Both the position numbers and the translations under genes were made by a program. From contig JBHGNT010000007.1 of assembly GCA_043228905.1 (NCBI GenBank), forward strand, positions 15,562,001 through 15,626,000: a DNA stretch of 64,000 nucleotides, given 5' to 3'. Shown one piece after another: positions 13,021 through 26,273 of the stretch (its first letter is position 1; every line of letters starts with the position of its first letter). The stretch is from Azolla caroliniana. Its lineage: Eukaryota; Plantae; Polypodiophyta. The notes beneath the pieces are model-generated. The model was not told where the DNA came from, made no database searches, and saw only the letters and a list, made by a program, of their open reading frames with translations.

Positions 13021-15954
13021 TGTTTGATTAAGAATCACAAGAATCTTTCGTGCCACATATCTCAAGGATGCAAGAGGATATGCAAATGTATAGTCGATCT
13101 TCTAGCGATTAAAAAGATCTGGACCAATTTGGGAAACTATGCCTACAAATGTGCAATAGTACCGGATTGCTTATTGCAAATGGTGTTTCCTTATGGCTCA
13201 ATACTAATGACTTTACATGTAGAAAACACAATGGAAATAGTGTGATTGACTATGTGCTACTTTCCGAAGGTATTTTGGATCGTATACATAAATTCTCATT
13301 GGGGGAATGGACACCAGAATCCGATCATAGGGATTTATGTATTGATCTCAAATGTATGCATAGGTTTGATTGCGAGAAGGTCATTGAAGATAGTAAACAA
13401 ATGCACTTGAGCATGAATCTTAAGCGAGCACCCATGTATTCCAATATGGTTGAGGATATGTTACAAATGACAAAGACACAACATTGTGCCACACTAGAAT
13501 GCAAATGGGAAGCTTTTAAGAATGTCATTCTCTCTTGTACAAACAAATGTTTTTCGACCAACCGCACATCATGGAAATGCACCAAGAAATGTAAGAAAAA
13601 ATGGTTTGATAAAGAATGCCATGAAGCTCAAAAGTGCCTTATGGTTTTGGATGTAGTTAAGGATAAAGAAAATTACCAAAAGCATTTGCATGACTATAAA
13701 AGGCTTATTCAAAGAAAGAGACGAAGAGGGGAAGTTACTCAACAACTTCTCCAAACACAAGAGAAAGCACATGCATGTGCTAAATTTTGGGAAAATCTAA
13801 AGGGGAAACGTGTTGAGAGTTATGGTGACTTAACTCTTCATGACTTGTCTATGCATTGTGAGAATTTATATGACTTATCTCTTTCCGGAAAGATGATGTG
13901 TTATGGTTCTCTATCACATATGTCTCCCTTCTTTACAATTGAAGATATATACATAGGACTTAAGAAATTGGCCTCTCGAAAGGCAAGAGATCTTCAATGT
14001 ATAAAAGCTGAAATGCTCAAATTGACGGGAAAGGAAGCACATATATGGATATGCGATATGTTTAATGATGCATTGTAACATGGTATGCCATATGATTGGA
14101 CTACAAATTTGATCAAACCTTTACATAAAGGCGGAGATGTAAATAATGTAAACAACTATCAAACTATCATGGTTGGCTCATTAATGGAAAAACTATTTGG
14201 ATGTATAATGGAATCAAAGATAAGTGTATGGGCAGAAAAAAATGGTAAGAGATATTATGGACAAGTTGGTTTTCAAAAACACCATAGCACCATTGATCAT
14301 CTTGTCACTCTTCGAGTATTAATGGAGGAAAGTCGCCTTAGAGTTAAAGGTTTATATTGTTGCTTTGTAGACTTCAAGAAAGCTTTCGATATGGTACCTC
14401 GTGAGCATCTTTGGAGGCGGATGGAAGAACTTGAGGTGCCAAGTGAATATATGCTTGCAATTTCCCGAATATATGAGAAGGTTATATGTTGTGTGCGTAT
14501 GAGAGATAGACTTTCAAATTTTTTCAATAGCACTATTGGTGTTAAGCAAGGATGCCCACTCTCACCAACATTATTTGGTCTATGCATTGATGAATTAGAA
14601 GAAATGGTTACCAAGTTTGTAAAGGAAGAATGTGTTGAAGAAGTTGCCATTGGGAATGTTGTGATTATGCTTTTGTTATATGCGGATGATGTAGTGCTTT
14701 TTGCAAATACTTCAAGAGATGCACAAAAGCTTATGAAGGCATTGGAAAAAAAATTCATGCATACTAGATTAAGTGTCAATAGCTCTAAAACAAAGATTAT
14801 GCTTGTGAAGAGTCAAAAAAGAGATAAACCATGCATTATGTACAACAATGAGCCACTTGAATGTGTGGAAAGCTTCAAATATCTTGGCCTTGAAGTTCCT
14901 TCAAATCATAAATGGAATGAATGTGCTACATGCCACTTAGAGGCGGATAAGCGAGCATATTATGCATTTGAGAACACATGCAATCTTGGAGATATTAAGT
15001 GTTGGGTCCTCAAGAAATATCTTTTTGACACTTTGGTGACCCCGATTCTTCTCTATGGGGTGGAAGTATGGGGCGGTAGCATCCCTAAATCTACGTGGAA
15101 AGAGTTTGAAAATGTCCAAAAACATTTTCTTACAAAGTTTCTAGAAGTTAAGAAACAAACGCCCTACACCCTCCTCCTCCTTGAGACGGGATCGCTTCCC
15201 ATTGAGATCATGGCCATGGAAAGGGTTGTTGAATACATGCTTAAGGTTCAAAAAATCCCCTCACATCGACTTCCTAGAATTGCATGGGAAGCAAGCAAAA
15301 AGATCCAAAACACGCATAAAAGCAAAATTTTGTGTTCCAGTTGGATGCAAGATTAAGAAAAATGGTTTGGTAAATGGGATTCAAGACACTTGCTTCATGA
15401 TGCGTCACTAGATTCCTCAGTAAACGAGGCCTTTTTGCAACGCCAATGTATCATGACATGGGACAAATGTGGTGGCTCATGCTTCACACATTATACTAGA
15501 AATGTTGCACCTAACTACAAAACCGTATTCTTCGCGAAACGGGGAAGCCGTACACATCGATACATGTTAGAGCCCATCCCAATATCGGCCATTCAAACCA
15601 TTGCTTCCATGCGACTTAGCTCGCATGCATTGAGATGTGAAACGGGGCATTGGGGCACAAGCGATGAGAGTGGTTGACTATGTACACTTTGCCCTAAACA
15701 AGTTCAAGAGTCTAAGTATCACACTTTGATACAATGCTCTGCCTTTGATCATATTCGACCATGCTTTCCACATCTCTTCGATCGAGCCCAATCCTTGCAT
15801 GAATTTCTATCACAACCACGATGTGCACTCTCGATTGCAACATTCATCGGTAAAGTTCTTGAACATCGAGAGTCGCTACTCACCTTCACACGTATCACGT
15901 GAAATGTAATATTTTTGGTCTCATAGGTCATATTTGACCTCCGAAGACGATAAT

Positions 15955-15990
<36 letters not shown>
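13021..15990 (+). mobile_element. RTE/RTEX-like LINE, 5'-truncated, with nonsense mutations
   Basis: ORFs 13149-14078, 14085-15356 and 15390-15677 are all in one frame. APE C-terminus (NSVIDY..SDH), RT (FVDFKKAFD, GVKQGCPLSP, LLYADD, FKYLG), C-terminal RLSSHALRCETG..LCTLC..H..C. (TC)n tail. Confidence 0.9.
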
Positions 15991-15995
<5 letters not shown>

Positions 15996-16857
15996 TTCTC
16001 CCCCTCATGCAACTAACTCATTCTTGTTGTTTCCCTTGTGTGACCACACCTCAAACCCTTGTCTTGTTTGAACATAGCTCCTAGTGTGGATAATGTGGTA
16101 GATGCGATGGGTATATTCTTGAGGATGAGGAGATGGAATTTTACCAAAAGAAAATCCAAAGAAAGAAAGGCAAAGGTGTTGCATTAGGTAACAACTTAGA
16201 GAGATATATGGCTCTTGTTTCAATCCAAGAATTTTCTAGTTTAAAGATTAATCACATTTTTCTTGGAATAGTAATAAAGGCAATTTCTTGTTTTCGTTAC
16301 AATCTTGTTATTTTCCGGACTAGTTTAGCTTTTAAGCATCGATGTCTTCTTTTTTTCTTGAAAATATATCCTCCATTGGTATTAGAATTCAGTGGCCAGA
16401 GGCCTTATACAAAATAGTCCAATATTACATATGATTGTAGTCAACCTTTGTAGGTAAAGATAAGTGAGAAACACATGTACCCAATCTTTAGAGACAAAGA
16501 AAATACAACGAAGCATATCCGTCTCCAAATGAAAAAGATGAATAGTCCAACCTCCAAAACAAAACCAGCAAAGTAGCCATCTTCTCAAAAGCATGTCTCC
16601 GCCTTTCACAAAAACATGCCTACAAAATCAACCAGCTTTAGAAATCCTTGAATGTGATGAAAACTTTGCCGATGACTTCCAATGGCTAGAGTCGAGCAAT
16701 GTATTCCAATGTGTTGTTGTGTACTAAATGATTCCAAAGAAACAGTTGTAAAGGGGTGATGATAGCATTAAAATCTCCGAGCTTCAATGCATGTACTCTT
16801 GCCGACCCTCAAGAATATGCTTCTGTAATGAACTGAGCAAGAGTGGCAGAGATGCAG

Positions 16858-17136
16858 TGGAAGGATTGTTTGTGTGTGTGTGTGTGTGTGTGTGTACGTA
16901 AGGCAAAACAGAGACAAAGACAGAGAGACAAAGAGACAAAGAGCTTAAAACAGAGATAAAAGGTTGTTGTTACATTAACCAAAATACTTCCAACAGTAAC
17001 TAAGTTACAAGGGGTTGGTTTAAATACCAACTAAACTAGGGTAAGTGTCCTTTCTACTATTTACAAAACTAGCATGGTATGTCCATGAGCTAGTGTGAAA
17101 CCTATTGCTATGGGAAGTTGAGTTCGACTCTCAACA
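16858..17136 (-). repeat. Copia 3' LTR
   Basis: Sense TGTTGAGAGTCGAACTCAAC...CCTTTCCA with TATTTAAA and an (AC)n tract. Confidence 0.75.
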
Positions 17137-20100
17137 TGCCCCTTCTAACAAAACTTCCATCTGTCGAAAGTTGTTTCAGTTCGGTCTTCAGAATTTGGCT
17201 TCCGGCGTTTGTAATCCTCGAACTGGATTGTTTGGCTTTTCGGCTTCGTGCTCGGTTCAATTAACTACGTGTTGCGTACTCACGTATCATTCTGTGTTAC
17301 ATCCATGTCGCCTGTAGTACTCCCCTTCAAGCTCGATAATGTGGATGTCATGAGACCAAGGTCTGATGCGAATTACCCGAGCTTGTCGACTCCTAAGGTC
17401 TTCGTAAAAATATCAGCAACTTGGAGGTGCATACTGATATGTTGTCGATCGATTTCCCCGGCCTGTACATGATCGCGGATGAAGTGGTACTGCACTTAGA
17501 TATGTTTAGTACGTGCGTGAAATACAGGGCTCCACGCCAAGTAGATGTTGCTCATGTTGTCGCAGTATAGGTGAATCGGATCTTTGATAGGTATGCCCAA
17601 ATCCTTCAGTATGCGCTTGAGCCATACGACTTCGCATGTGGCGACTGCCGCACCCCTGTATTTGGCTTCCGTGCTCGACAGTGTGACTGTCAGCTACTTC
17701 TTACTGCTCCAGGGGATCGCTCTGCTACCAAGGGAGAAGATGAATCCGGATGTGGATCGTCTATCCGATTTGTATCCTGCCTAGTCCGCGTCTGTGTATC
17801 CTTCAAGTTGAATGGTCGTATTTGACTGATACATAATGTCGTAATCCATCATCGTACTTACATACCTGAGTATCCTCTTAGCGCAATCAAGATGAAAGTT
17901 TCACGTATTCTGCATAAATTGACTAAGTAGGCCGACCGAATAACTGAGGTCGGGTCGTGTAAAGGTGAGATAGATTAAGTTGCCGATCAGTTGACATTAC
18001 TGAGTTCACTCGCACTCGGTTGTGCCGGAATCTGCATCAATCCTGAGATTACAATCGAGAGGGGTAGACACAGGTTTGCACTCCATCATTCCGAACTTGT
18101 ACAGAAGGTTGAGAATGTAGTGCCGTTGAGAAATCATTATTCCGACTGGTGTCCGAATTACTTCAATGCCAAGGAAGTAATGGAGCTCGTGCAGGTCTTT
18201 CATTTCGAATCTGCTGGAAAGAAGTGATTTGACCTTGTTAATCTCGGCAAGATCCTTTCCTCCGATGACCAAATCATCCACGTAAAGGATGATGACAATC
18301 GGGCTATCTGACTCATTTTGGATGTACAGAGAAGTATCGGATTTGGACATTCGAAATCCAATCTGATGAAGATACTGCGTGATCTTCGAGTGCCACACAC
18401 GTGGTGCTTGTTTGAGGCCGTAGAGAGACTTCTTGAGTCGGCACACGGCATTCGGATGATTGCACGATTCAAAACCGGGTGGTTAGATCATGTACACCTC
18501 CTCTTCCAATTCGCCTTGAAGAAAGGCGTTCTTGACGTCCATCTGGTAGAGGTGCCACCCTTTTGCTGTCGCGTTTGAAATTACGGTATGCACAATTGTC
18601 ATCTTTGCCACCTAGGCAAAGGTCTCTTCGTAGTCTACGTTGTGCATTTGCGCATATCCTTTTGCAACCAGCCGTGCTTTAAAGCGATTAACGGAGCCGT
18701 CGGCATTGTGTTTCACTTTGTAAACCCACTTGCAGCCAATTGCTTTCTTGTTCGGCATGTGAGGAACGAGATCCCATGTCTCATTTTTGCATAGGGCTTG
18801 CATTTCTTCATTCATTGCATCGACCCATCGCAGATCCTTTACGGCTTTGGAAAGTGTCTTCGGCTCCCGTACTAACGCTACCTTCATCATGAAGGCGTAA
18901 TGGTATGCCATATAATCGTTGTAGCTGAATCGGCTGACGGGGTTCTTTTCGCGGGTAGATCGGTGGAGGTTTTCTTCGCTCCATCTGTCTGAATGATTGG
19001 GATGTCCAAGCCTTCGAACTCACTATCAAGGGAGTGAGTGGACGTGTTGTCGATTGGATCTTTGTATTCAGACATCTTGGCCTTCACTTTGTCGAGTTTC
19101 GAACTCGGTCGAAATGTGCTTTGGTTATTCGGGGGCTCCCGTGGTCCACTAAGCCGTGTTATAATCGGGCTTTCTTCATACATGTGCGTGACCCGATCTT
19201 CTTCTTCTATCCCCATTTCGACAGATTCCGGGTCGAGCAGAGTCAAAGGCGAAGTTGTTTTTGGTGCATACCACGATGCGGAGTCGTTGAAAACGACATC
19301 TCGACTTACACAAGTTTTTCGGGTGGCACCTCTACCAAATGGATGTCAAGAACGTCGTAACAGAAGGGGCGTAGCATTTGTACCCCTTCTCTGACTTTGG
19401 GTCGAGCTTTTGTCACGTATCGTCGGGAATATGCACGTAAACGATTGCACTAAAAATGCGGACATGTGATAAGTCCGACTTCTTTCCAAAGAACTTCTCA
19501 TGAGGAGTTACGTCGTGTACTCCCGAGGCTATGCACCTATTCATGAGGTATACAGCCGTGTTCACCACTTCATGAGCGACTTCTACTATGTGCCAGTTTT
19601 TACGCTCAGCTACGCCGTTCTACTGAGGTGTGTGACAGCATGAGAATTCTCGTCGGATTCCTTCCTTTTGGAGATATGCCATAAACTCACCTAGAAAGTA
19701 TTCTTTGCCTCCATCCGATCGAAGGCAGCGTACGTGCCGACCCGTAGTTTTTTCGACTTCGACCTTGAACCTCTGGAAGTGTCTGAACACTTCGCTCTTC
19801 TGTCTCATCGGGTAGATCCAAGTGTTCCTGGAGAAGTCGTCGTGAACGTGATGTAATATCGGCATCTGCTGAGTGTGCTTGTCTGGGCCGGTCCCCATAC
19901 ATCTGAATGTACGACATACAGGTTTCGACTTTAAGGCCCTTTGTGAACATGGCTAACTTTACCTCATTCGATTCGAGGATAAACATACAACCTTCTCGTC
20001 GATCGTGGGCTACAACTTGTTTGTCCCTTGGGATGTAGCACCCGTCATTGTTGAATCGTACCTTCATTCCTTGTTCGACAATCTGGCCGACCGAGACCAA

Positions 20101-20263
20101 GTTTTTCGTGATGGTAGGGACATGTAATACGTTCTTGAGATAGGTTTGTTTGTCGTTGTTTCTGAATGGGACGTTCCCGATATGCTGTATTGGATGAATC
20201 GTGTCATCTCCTCTTCATAGTGACCATGTTTTCCACAGTACCCGCATTCAATTGGGTTGTTAC

Positions 20264-23200
20264 TATCAAGGCCTTAGCTTCACAAAAGAAGATTGAACAA
20301 GAGAGGAAAAGAAAGAGAGAACAATGACTATATTTTTATTATAATAGGAAAATATACAAGAACAAGAGCTAGAATATTTGCCAAAGACTGGTGTTGAACC
20401 AAAATGGTTTTAACAATACAATATGTCCTATTTATATAGGAGTAGTATGTGCCCCTTGGATGTTTGTAGGGTCATGATACCCTTTGGGATGTTGCAGGGT
20501 CATGATACCCTTCGGGATATTGAAGGGTCAAGGCACCCTTTGGATATTTATAGGGTTACATTATCAATATTATAATAAAGTAAATTATAATATCTTTACG
20601 TAAAACATATATAAACTAATGGCTAGAGTTGAGTGCTCCTCCTTAGGAGGTCATGAGTTCGAGTCACCCTTAACATGATGGGGTTTTATCTACTCATGAC
20701 ACCATCTCCCTCCTTCGATGACGAGTTCCACGAGTCATAATGCACGAATTGGGGCTCGGCTTATTTGGATATTGACGATGAAATTCAGTTGTCAGATCGG
20801 AGGCCTTGTCAAGGTTCTCGGTCGGTTCCCAAGTATGATCATTAGGTGTATAACCTAACCAGTCCACGAGATAATAAAGCTTCTTACGTACTATCTTGGA
20901 GTCCAAAATAGCTTTGACTTCGAATTCTGCGCCATCAACAAGTTGAACCGGAGGTGGGGGTAGAACAACCCGATCTGGAATGGAACTAGCATTGTAAGGT
21001 TCCAACAATGAGACATGAAATACTGGGTGTAGATGCATGTGTGGGGGCAGATCAAGGCGGAATGCATCATTGATTTGATGAGAGATAATAAATGAACCAA
21101 GCCATTGATAATCCAACTTATCACAAGGTCTACTGGTCTTCACATTACGTCGTAATAGCCATACACAATCCCCAACTCGAAATTTTGGTTCCTCTGGTGA
21201 GTCAAGACAATGACGATCTGCAGCCTTCTTGTGTGTGGCTTGACCCGTATGCAAATGGTGAGAAAGTGCAACATGAACTTCTTGGAGTTGGCGTAGACGG
21301 TCCTCAACGGCAAGATTTTTTGAGATTTCTAGATGTTCGATCATCATCCAATGGGGATGATATCCTATGTTTGCAAAAAATGGAGTATATCCTATTGAGG
21401 AATGAACCGAATTATTGTATGCAAACTCTGCAAAGTGTAAAAAATCCACCCAATCATCCTGTTGATCATTGATGAAACATCAAAGATATTGTTCTAGAGT
21501 TTGATTTGTGCGCTCGGTTTGACCGTCACTTTGTGGATGATAGCTTGAAGAAAGTTTACAAGAGACTTTGAGCATCTCAAGCAAGTGTTTCCAGATTTTG
21601 AGATGAATTGTGAGCCACAATCACTAAGGATGTCATTTGGAAGACCATGAACCCGAAATACTTCTTTCATAATGATGTCTGCAGTTTCTTTACTGTTGAT
21701 AGTTTTCGTGCATGGAAGAAAATGTGTCATCTTTGTGAATCGATCTACTACAGTGAGGATAGCATCAAAACTCTTTGCAAGTGGAAGATTTGTTATAAAG
21801 TCCACACAGATGGATTTCCATGGACCAATAGGAACTGGCAATGGATGTAATAACCCATATGGTCGATGTCGCAGAATCTTTGACTGACAACACACATCAC
21901 AAGTACGAACATAATCCTCAACAAACTCCCGAAGATGAGGCCACCAATAGTTTCGAGAAACTAGCTCCAAAGTTTTGTGGATTCCAAAGTGACCAGCCAT
22001 TGGGTTGTCATGACAATATTGCATTACTTGGAGTCGAGACGAACCATTGGGGACATACAAAAGAGTGTTACGAAAAAGTAACCCATTTTTCCATTGAAAC
22101 TGGTTATAATCTTTACAAGGATACTTGGATTTTGAAGAAGATGCACGATCTGAAATGATATGATTCAATACATCTTGAGCAAATTCATCAGAAATGATAC
22201 CTATTCGGATTGAATCAAGGAGCCTGGAATCTTCAGGTGCTTTAGAGGCATTAATAGTCAATAGTCGAAACCGATCAGGCCCTAGGATGACTTGCTTTTG
22301 ATGATCAAATGTGGTCTTACCTGGTTGTGGCACTAAATAAGATCATCGTGATAGAGTGTCTGCCTTTCCTTGTTGTACTCTAGGCACAACGCATCAGGAA
22401 TTGGGCCCAACGAGCTTGGCGTCGACTCAAGGCTCTAGCATTTTGAAAGTATGTGAGATTTTTATGATCATTGTAAACAATGATTTGGTGGGGAGAACCT
22501 TCTAAGACATGCCTCCATTATTCAAACGAGTCTATAATGGTCAGGAGCTCTTTGTCGTGAATCTCATAATTGATCTCTACAGCTTCGAATTTGCGTGAAT
22601 GGAGAGCAATTGGATGCAGCTTTCCGTCATCTCCAACCTGCAACAAGATACTTCCTAGTGCAAAATTAGACACATCCACCTCGATGATAAAGTGTTTTTC
22701 TAGGTCAGCATGAAGTAGAATAGGAGCAGAAGTGAATGCTCTCTTTAGGTTTTCAAAATCTTTGGTCGCATTGGAACTCCATGTGAATGACTTGTTCTTT
22801 CGTGTAAGCTTCGTGAGAGGCATCACGATGGTCGAGTAGTTCTTGATAAATTTGCGGCAAAAATTCGCAAATCCTAAGAAAAACTGGACATCACGCACTG
22901 AGCAAGGTGTTTCCCAATTTAGAATTGTCTGCACCTTGGATGGATCCATAGATATACCTTGTTGTGAAACCACATACCCTAGAAACTCCACGTGGTTTTG
23001 ATCAAAGCTACATTTCTCGAGTTTGGCATAGCACCCATATTCTCGTAAGCGTTGGAGGACTTGGCAAACATGTGTGTCATGCCCTTCTTTACTTTTTTAG
23101 TAGATCAAGATGTCATCAAGATATACTATGGTAAATGAATCCAAGAAGTCTCGAAAAATATCATTCGCCATGTGTTGAAAAACTGTGGGTGCATTCATGA

Positions 23201-26070
23201 GACCAAAAGGCATAACCATGTACTCGAAATGTCCGTATCGAGTACGGAATGTTGTCTTCCATTCGTCTCCTGGACGTATCCGAACAAGGTTATATGTGCC
23301 TCGAAGGTCTGGCTTTGTGAAAACTTTAGCTCCACTAAGACGCTCTAGTAAACTCGATATCAAGGGTAGAGCATATCTATTTCGAACTGTGATTTTGTTT
23401 AAACCTCGATAATCCACGAACAATCGTAAAGACCCATCTTTCTTCTTGACAGAGAATATGGGTGCACTAGCAGGGCTTTTAGAATGTCGAATGAATCCAT
23501 TTGCTAGGTGCTCATCTATATACTCTCGAAGGGCGTTGAGTTCAGAAGGTGATAGATTATATATTGGGCCCCATGGTGGCTCTTTCCCAGGTTGTAGATC
23601 GATCAGACAATCATAAGGACAATGGTCGGGAAGAGAACTAACTTTAATTTTGTTGAAGATGTCTTCAAAATCCAAGTACTTAGTAGGGAGGTGAGTACAT
23701 GCCCCTTGTGAACTAGAGGATGGATTTGCCGTTACTACAAAGACAAACATTTCATTTGTCCGCCTGTCTTCTCGTAAGTTTTGTAGAGATATGAGCGAGA
23801 TTTGGTGAGGTTTTGAATCTTGGTTGGTAGTAACAAAGCTGTTGGATTTAGGCTTCTATTGGAAATCATTGATTGCTCAATTTCTCCAGTCAATTTTAGG
23901 ATTATGAAGCTCAAACCAAGGCAAACCAAGGATAACCGGATGCTCAGGGCTACTAATTATATTGAAGGAAATCACACAAGCAAAGCTACTACAGACTACT
24001 CGAATCGGCTCGGATTCTTCGACTATATCCCCAGATGCAATAGGGCCACCATCAATGCAGGACAAGGGAGGTTTCTCAATAGGATTTTTTGGGATAAAAC
24101 AAATTATTTGTCCATAAAACAAGAGTTGGCTCCTGAATCTAAGAGAGCAGATGCAAGAGCTTGATGACACCTAGAAGTGCTAAGCTCAACTTGTGCTGAA
24201 AAAACTCTGCTAACATGATTCGATAAAATGGAACCGCTACCTGGGGCTGACTTTACGTATTCTGGTTTGTCCAACCAAATGGCTCCGATTTTGATTGGAC
24301 TTATTCGTTTAATATTTCATCAAGCTGACTCAAGACCTCAAAACTATTTGATTGGCCTAGACATGTCGGACTACTAGGGATAGATAATCTAACTGGGGAA
24401 TTGGAATTAAGTTTCTCACTAGTACTTACTTGATTTACTTGTCATTTTGGCCTATGTGGGCAGGTGATTGCTATGTGTCCCAGACCACCTCAATACAAAC
24501 GTAGACGGTTTGCTCGGCGTCGTTGCTTCTCAGTTTCAGACAAAGGCCTTTGACGACATGTTACATCGATCTCCATCGGACTTGGATCAGTTGATGGAAT
24601 CATGTGTGAAGTTTGGGTAGTGCTCGTAGGTGTCGAGGCTACTACTGAAGCATATGTTTGATCCGTTCTTGGTCATGACATTAGTTGACGTTCTGAACGT
24701 CGTTCGAATAAACGATTGTCACATCGCACGGCACGACTTATTGCTTCTGTAAGAGATCTTGGATCTTCATGGAAAGTTAATAACAAATCTTTTACATCAT
24801 TTCGTAGTCCATGGCGAAATTGATCCATTAATGCTTCTTCATCCCATGGAATATCACAAGCTAGGAGGCGGAAATCAGCGGCGTATGCGGAGGCAGGACG
24901 ATCCCCTTGACGCAGTCTTCGAATTTTATTGATCGTCGTTCTGACACTATCAATGTTCCCAAAGTTCGCTTAAAATTCTTTAATAAAACCTTCAAATTCT
25001 TGAAGGAGAGGAGATTTCTTTTCTAGCAGTGGTGCAAACCATGCTAATGTTGTTCCTGTTAAGAGGGTTCCTACTAGTCCAACTCCAGTTGTATCAATTG
25101 GATATCTATTAGGATGCATATGAATTACTAGACGCACCTGATTTAGAAATCCTCGAAATTGTGATTGATTACCATCGAACTTCCCGGGCAAACAAATCTT
25201 TGGTTCTTTGGGAGATTTTTGTTGCATCAAAGCTTGTTGATGAAGAGATTGCAATGTTGTTTCGAGTTGCAATACACGTGTTCATAACTCGTCATATTGT
25301 TGCGCCTTTTCTATGCTTACTTGATGTAAATCTCCAAGCAATCGTTGATTCTCTTGCTCTGGAGCCAAAAACTTATTTGTGAGATGCTCGAGCTCAGAGA
25401 CGACTCGAACATACTCTTGCTTGCTAACGGACTCCATGGTGACGATAACGCTTGATAGGATTCTCAAGAAAAAGAAGGAAAGAAGAGAGAGAGAGAGAGA
25501 GAGAGAACTGGCAAGAAAGAGAGAAGATATTCTGGTTCAAACTGTCAAGGCCTTAGCTTCACAAAAGAAGATGGAACAAGAGAGGAAAAGAAAGAGAGAA
25601 CAATGACTATATTTTTATTATAATAGGAAAATATACAAGAGCAAGAGCTAGAATATTTGCCAAAGATTGGTGTTGAACCAGAATGGTTCTAACAATACAA
25701 TATGTCCTATTTATATAGGAGTAGTATGTGCCCCTTGGATGTTTGTAGGGTCATGATACCCTTTGGGATGTTGTAGGGTCATGATACCCTTTGGGATATT
25801 GAAGGGTCATGATACCCTTTGGGATGTTGTAGGGTCATGATACCCTTTGGGATATTGAAGGGTCATGGCACCCTTTGGGATATTGAAGGGTCAAGGCAGC
25901 CTTTGGATATTTATAGGGTTACATTATCAATATTATAATAAAGATTAAAGAAATTATAATATCTTTACGTAAAACATATATAACCTAATGGCTAGAGTTG
26001 AGTGCTCCTCCTTAAGATGTCACGAGTTCGAGCCACCCTAAACATGATGGTGTTTCATCTACTCATGACC
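20264..26070 (-). mobile_element. Full-length but decayed Tcn1-like chromovirus (element B)
   Basis: LTRs 25543-26070 and 20264-20701; 5-bp TSD GTTAC (20259-20263, 26071-26075). Carries gag (KFDGNQSQFRGFLNQ), protease, RT (YLDDILIY), RNase H, integrase and chromodomain (FEVKAILDSKIVRKKLYYLVDWLGY..TWEP). Confidence 0.95.
25748..25920. repeat. 28-bp minisatellite in U3 (6 units in the 5' LTR, 3 units in the 3' LTR at ~20469-20555)
   Basis: Unit GGGTCATGATACCCTTTGGGATRTTGWA, with no spacers. Confidence 0.9.
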
Positions 26071-26273
26071 GTTACGATTGCTCCGTCCGGCATAATGACT
26101 CCCCCTTCTGCCGAACTCTCTGGGACCGTTCCTATCTGCTTGCTAGTGGTGGGGGTTACGCTCTTGAGTCGACCATTATGGCCTTGTTCGAATCGACCTC
26201 TATTTCCACGGCCGAAATTTCTTCTATCATCCGACTGGGAGTAGAGCATATGACCCTCTAGTGTGTTGCTCCT

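Larger units (their letters stand above)
16858..26273 (-). mobile_element. Degenerate Ty1/copia interrupted by a nested chromovirus (host parts 16858-20263 and 26071-26273)
   Basis: gag zinc knuckle CGYCGKHGHYEE, integrase (CLRSDGGKEY), RT (KARLVAKGY, LKKSLYGLKQAPR, LYVDDL), RNase H. PPT AGAAGGGGCA and 3' LTR 16858-17136. Confidence 0.9.

Noticed and set aside
16000-16857. Possible host exons between the LINE and the copia LTR
   Set aside because: No recognisable protein similarity or coherent splice pattern.
25748-25920. 28-bp repeats as a CRISPR array
   Set aside because: Contiguous units with no unique spacers, inside a eukaryotic LTR, and no cas genes.
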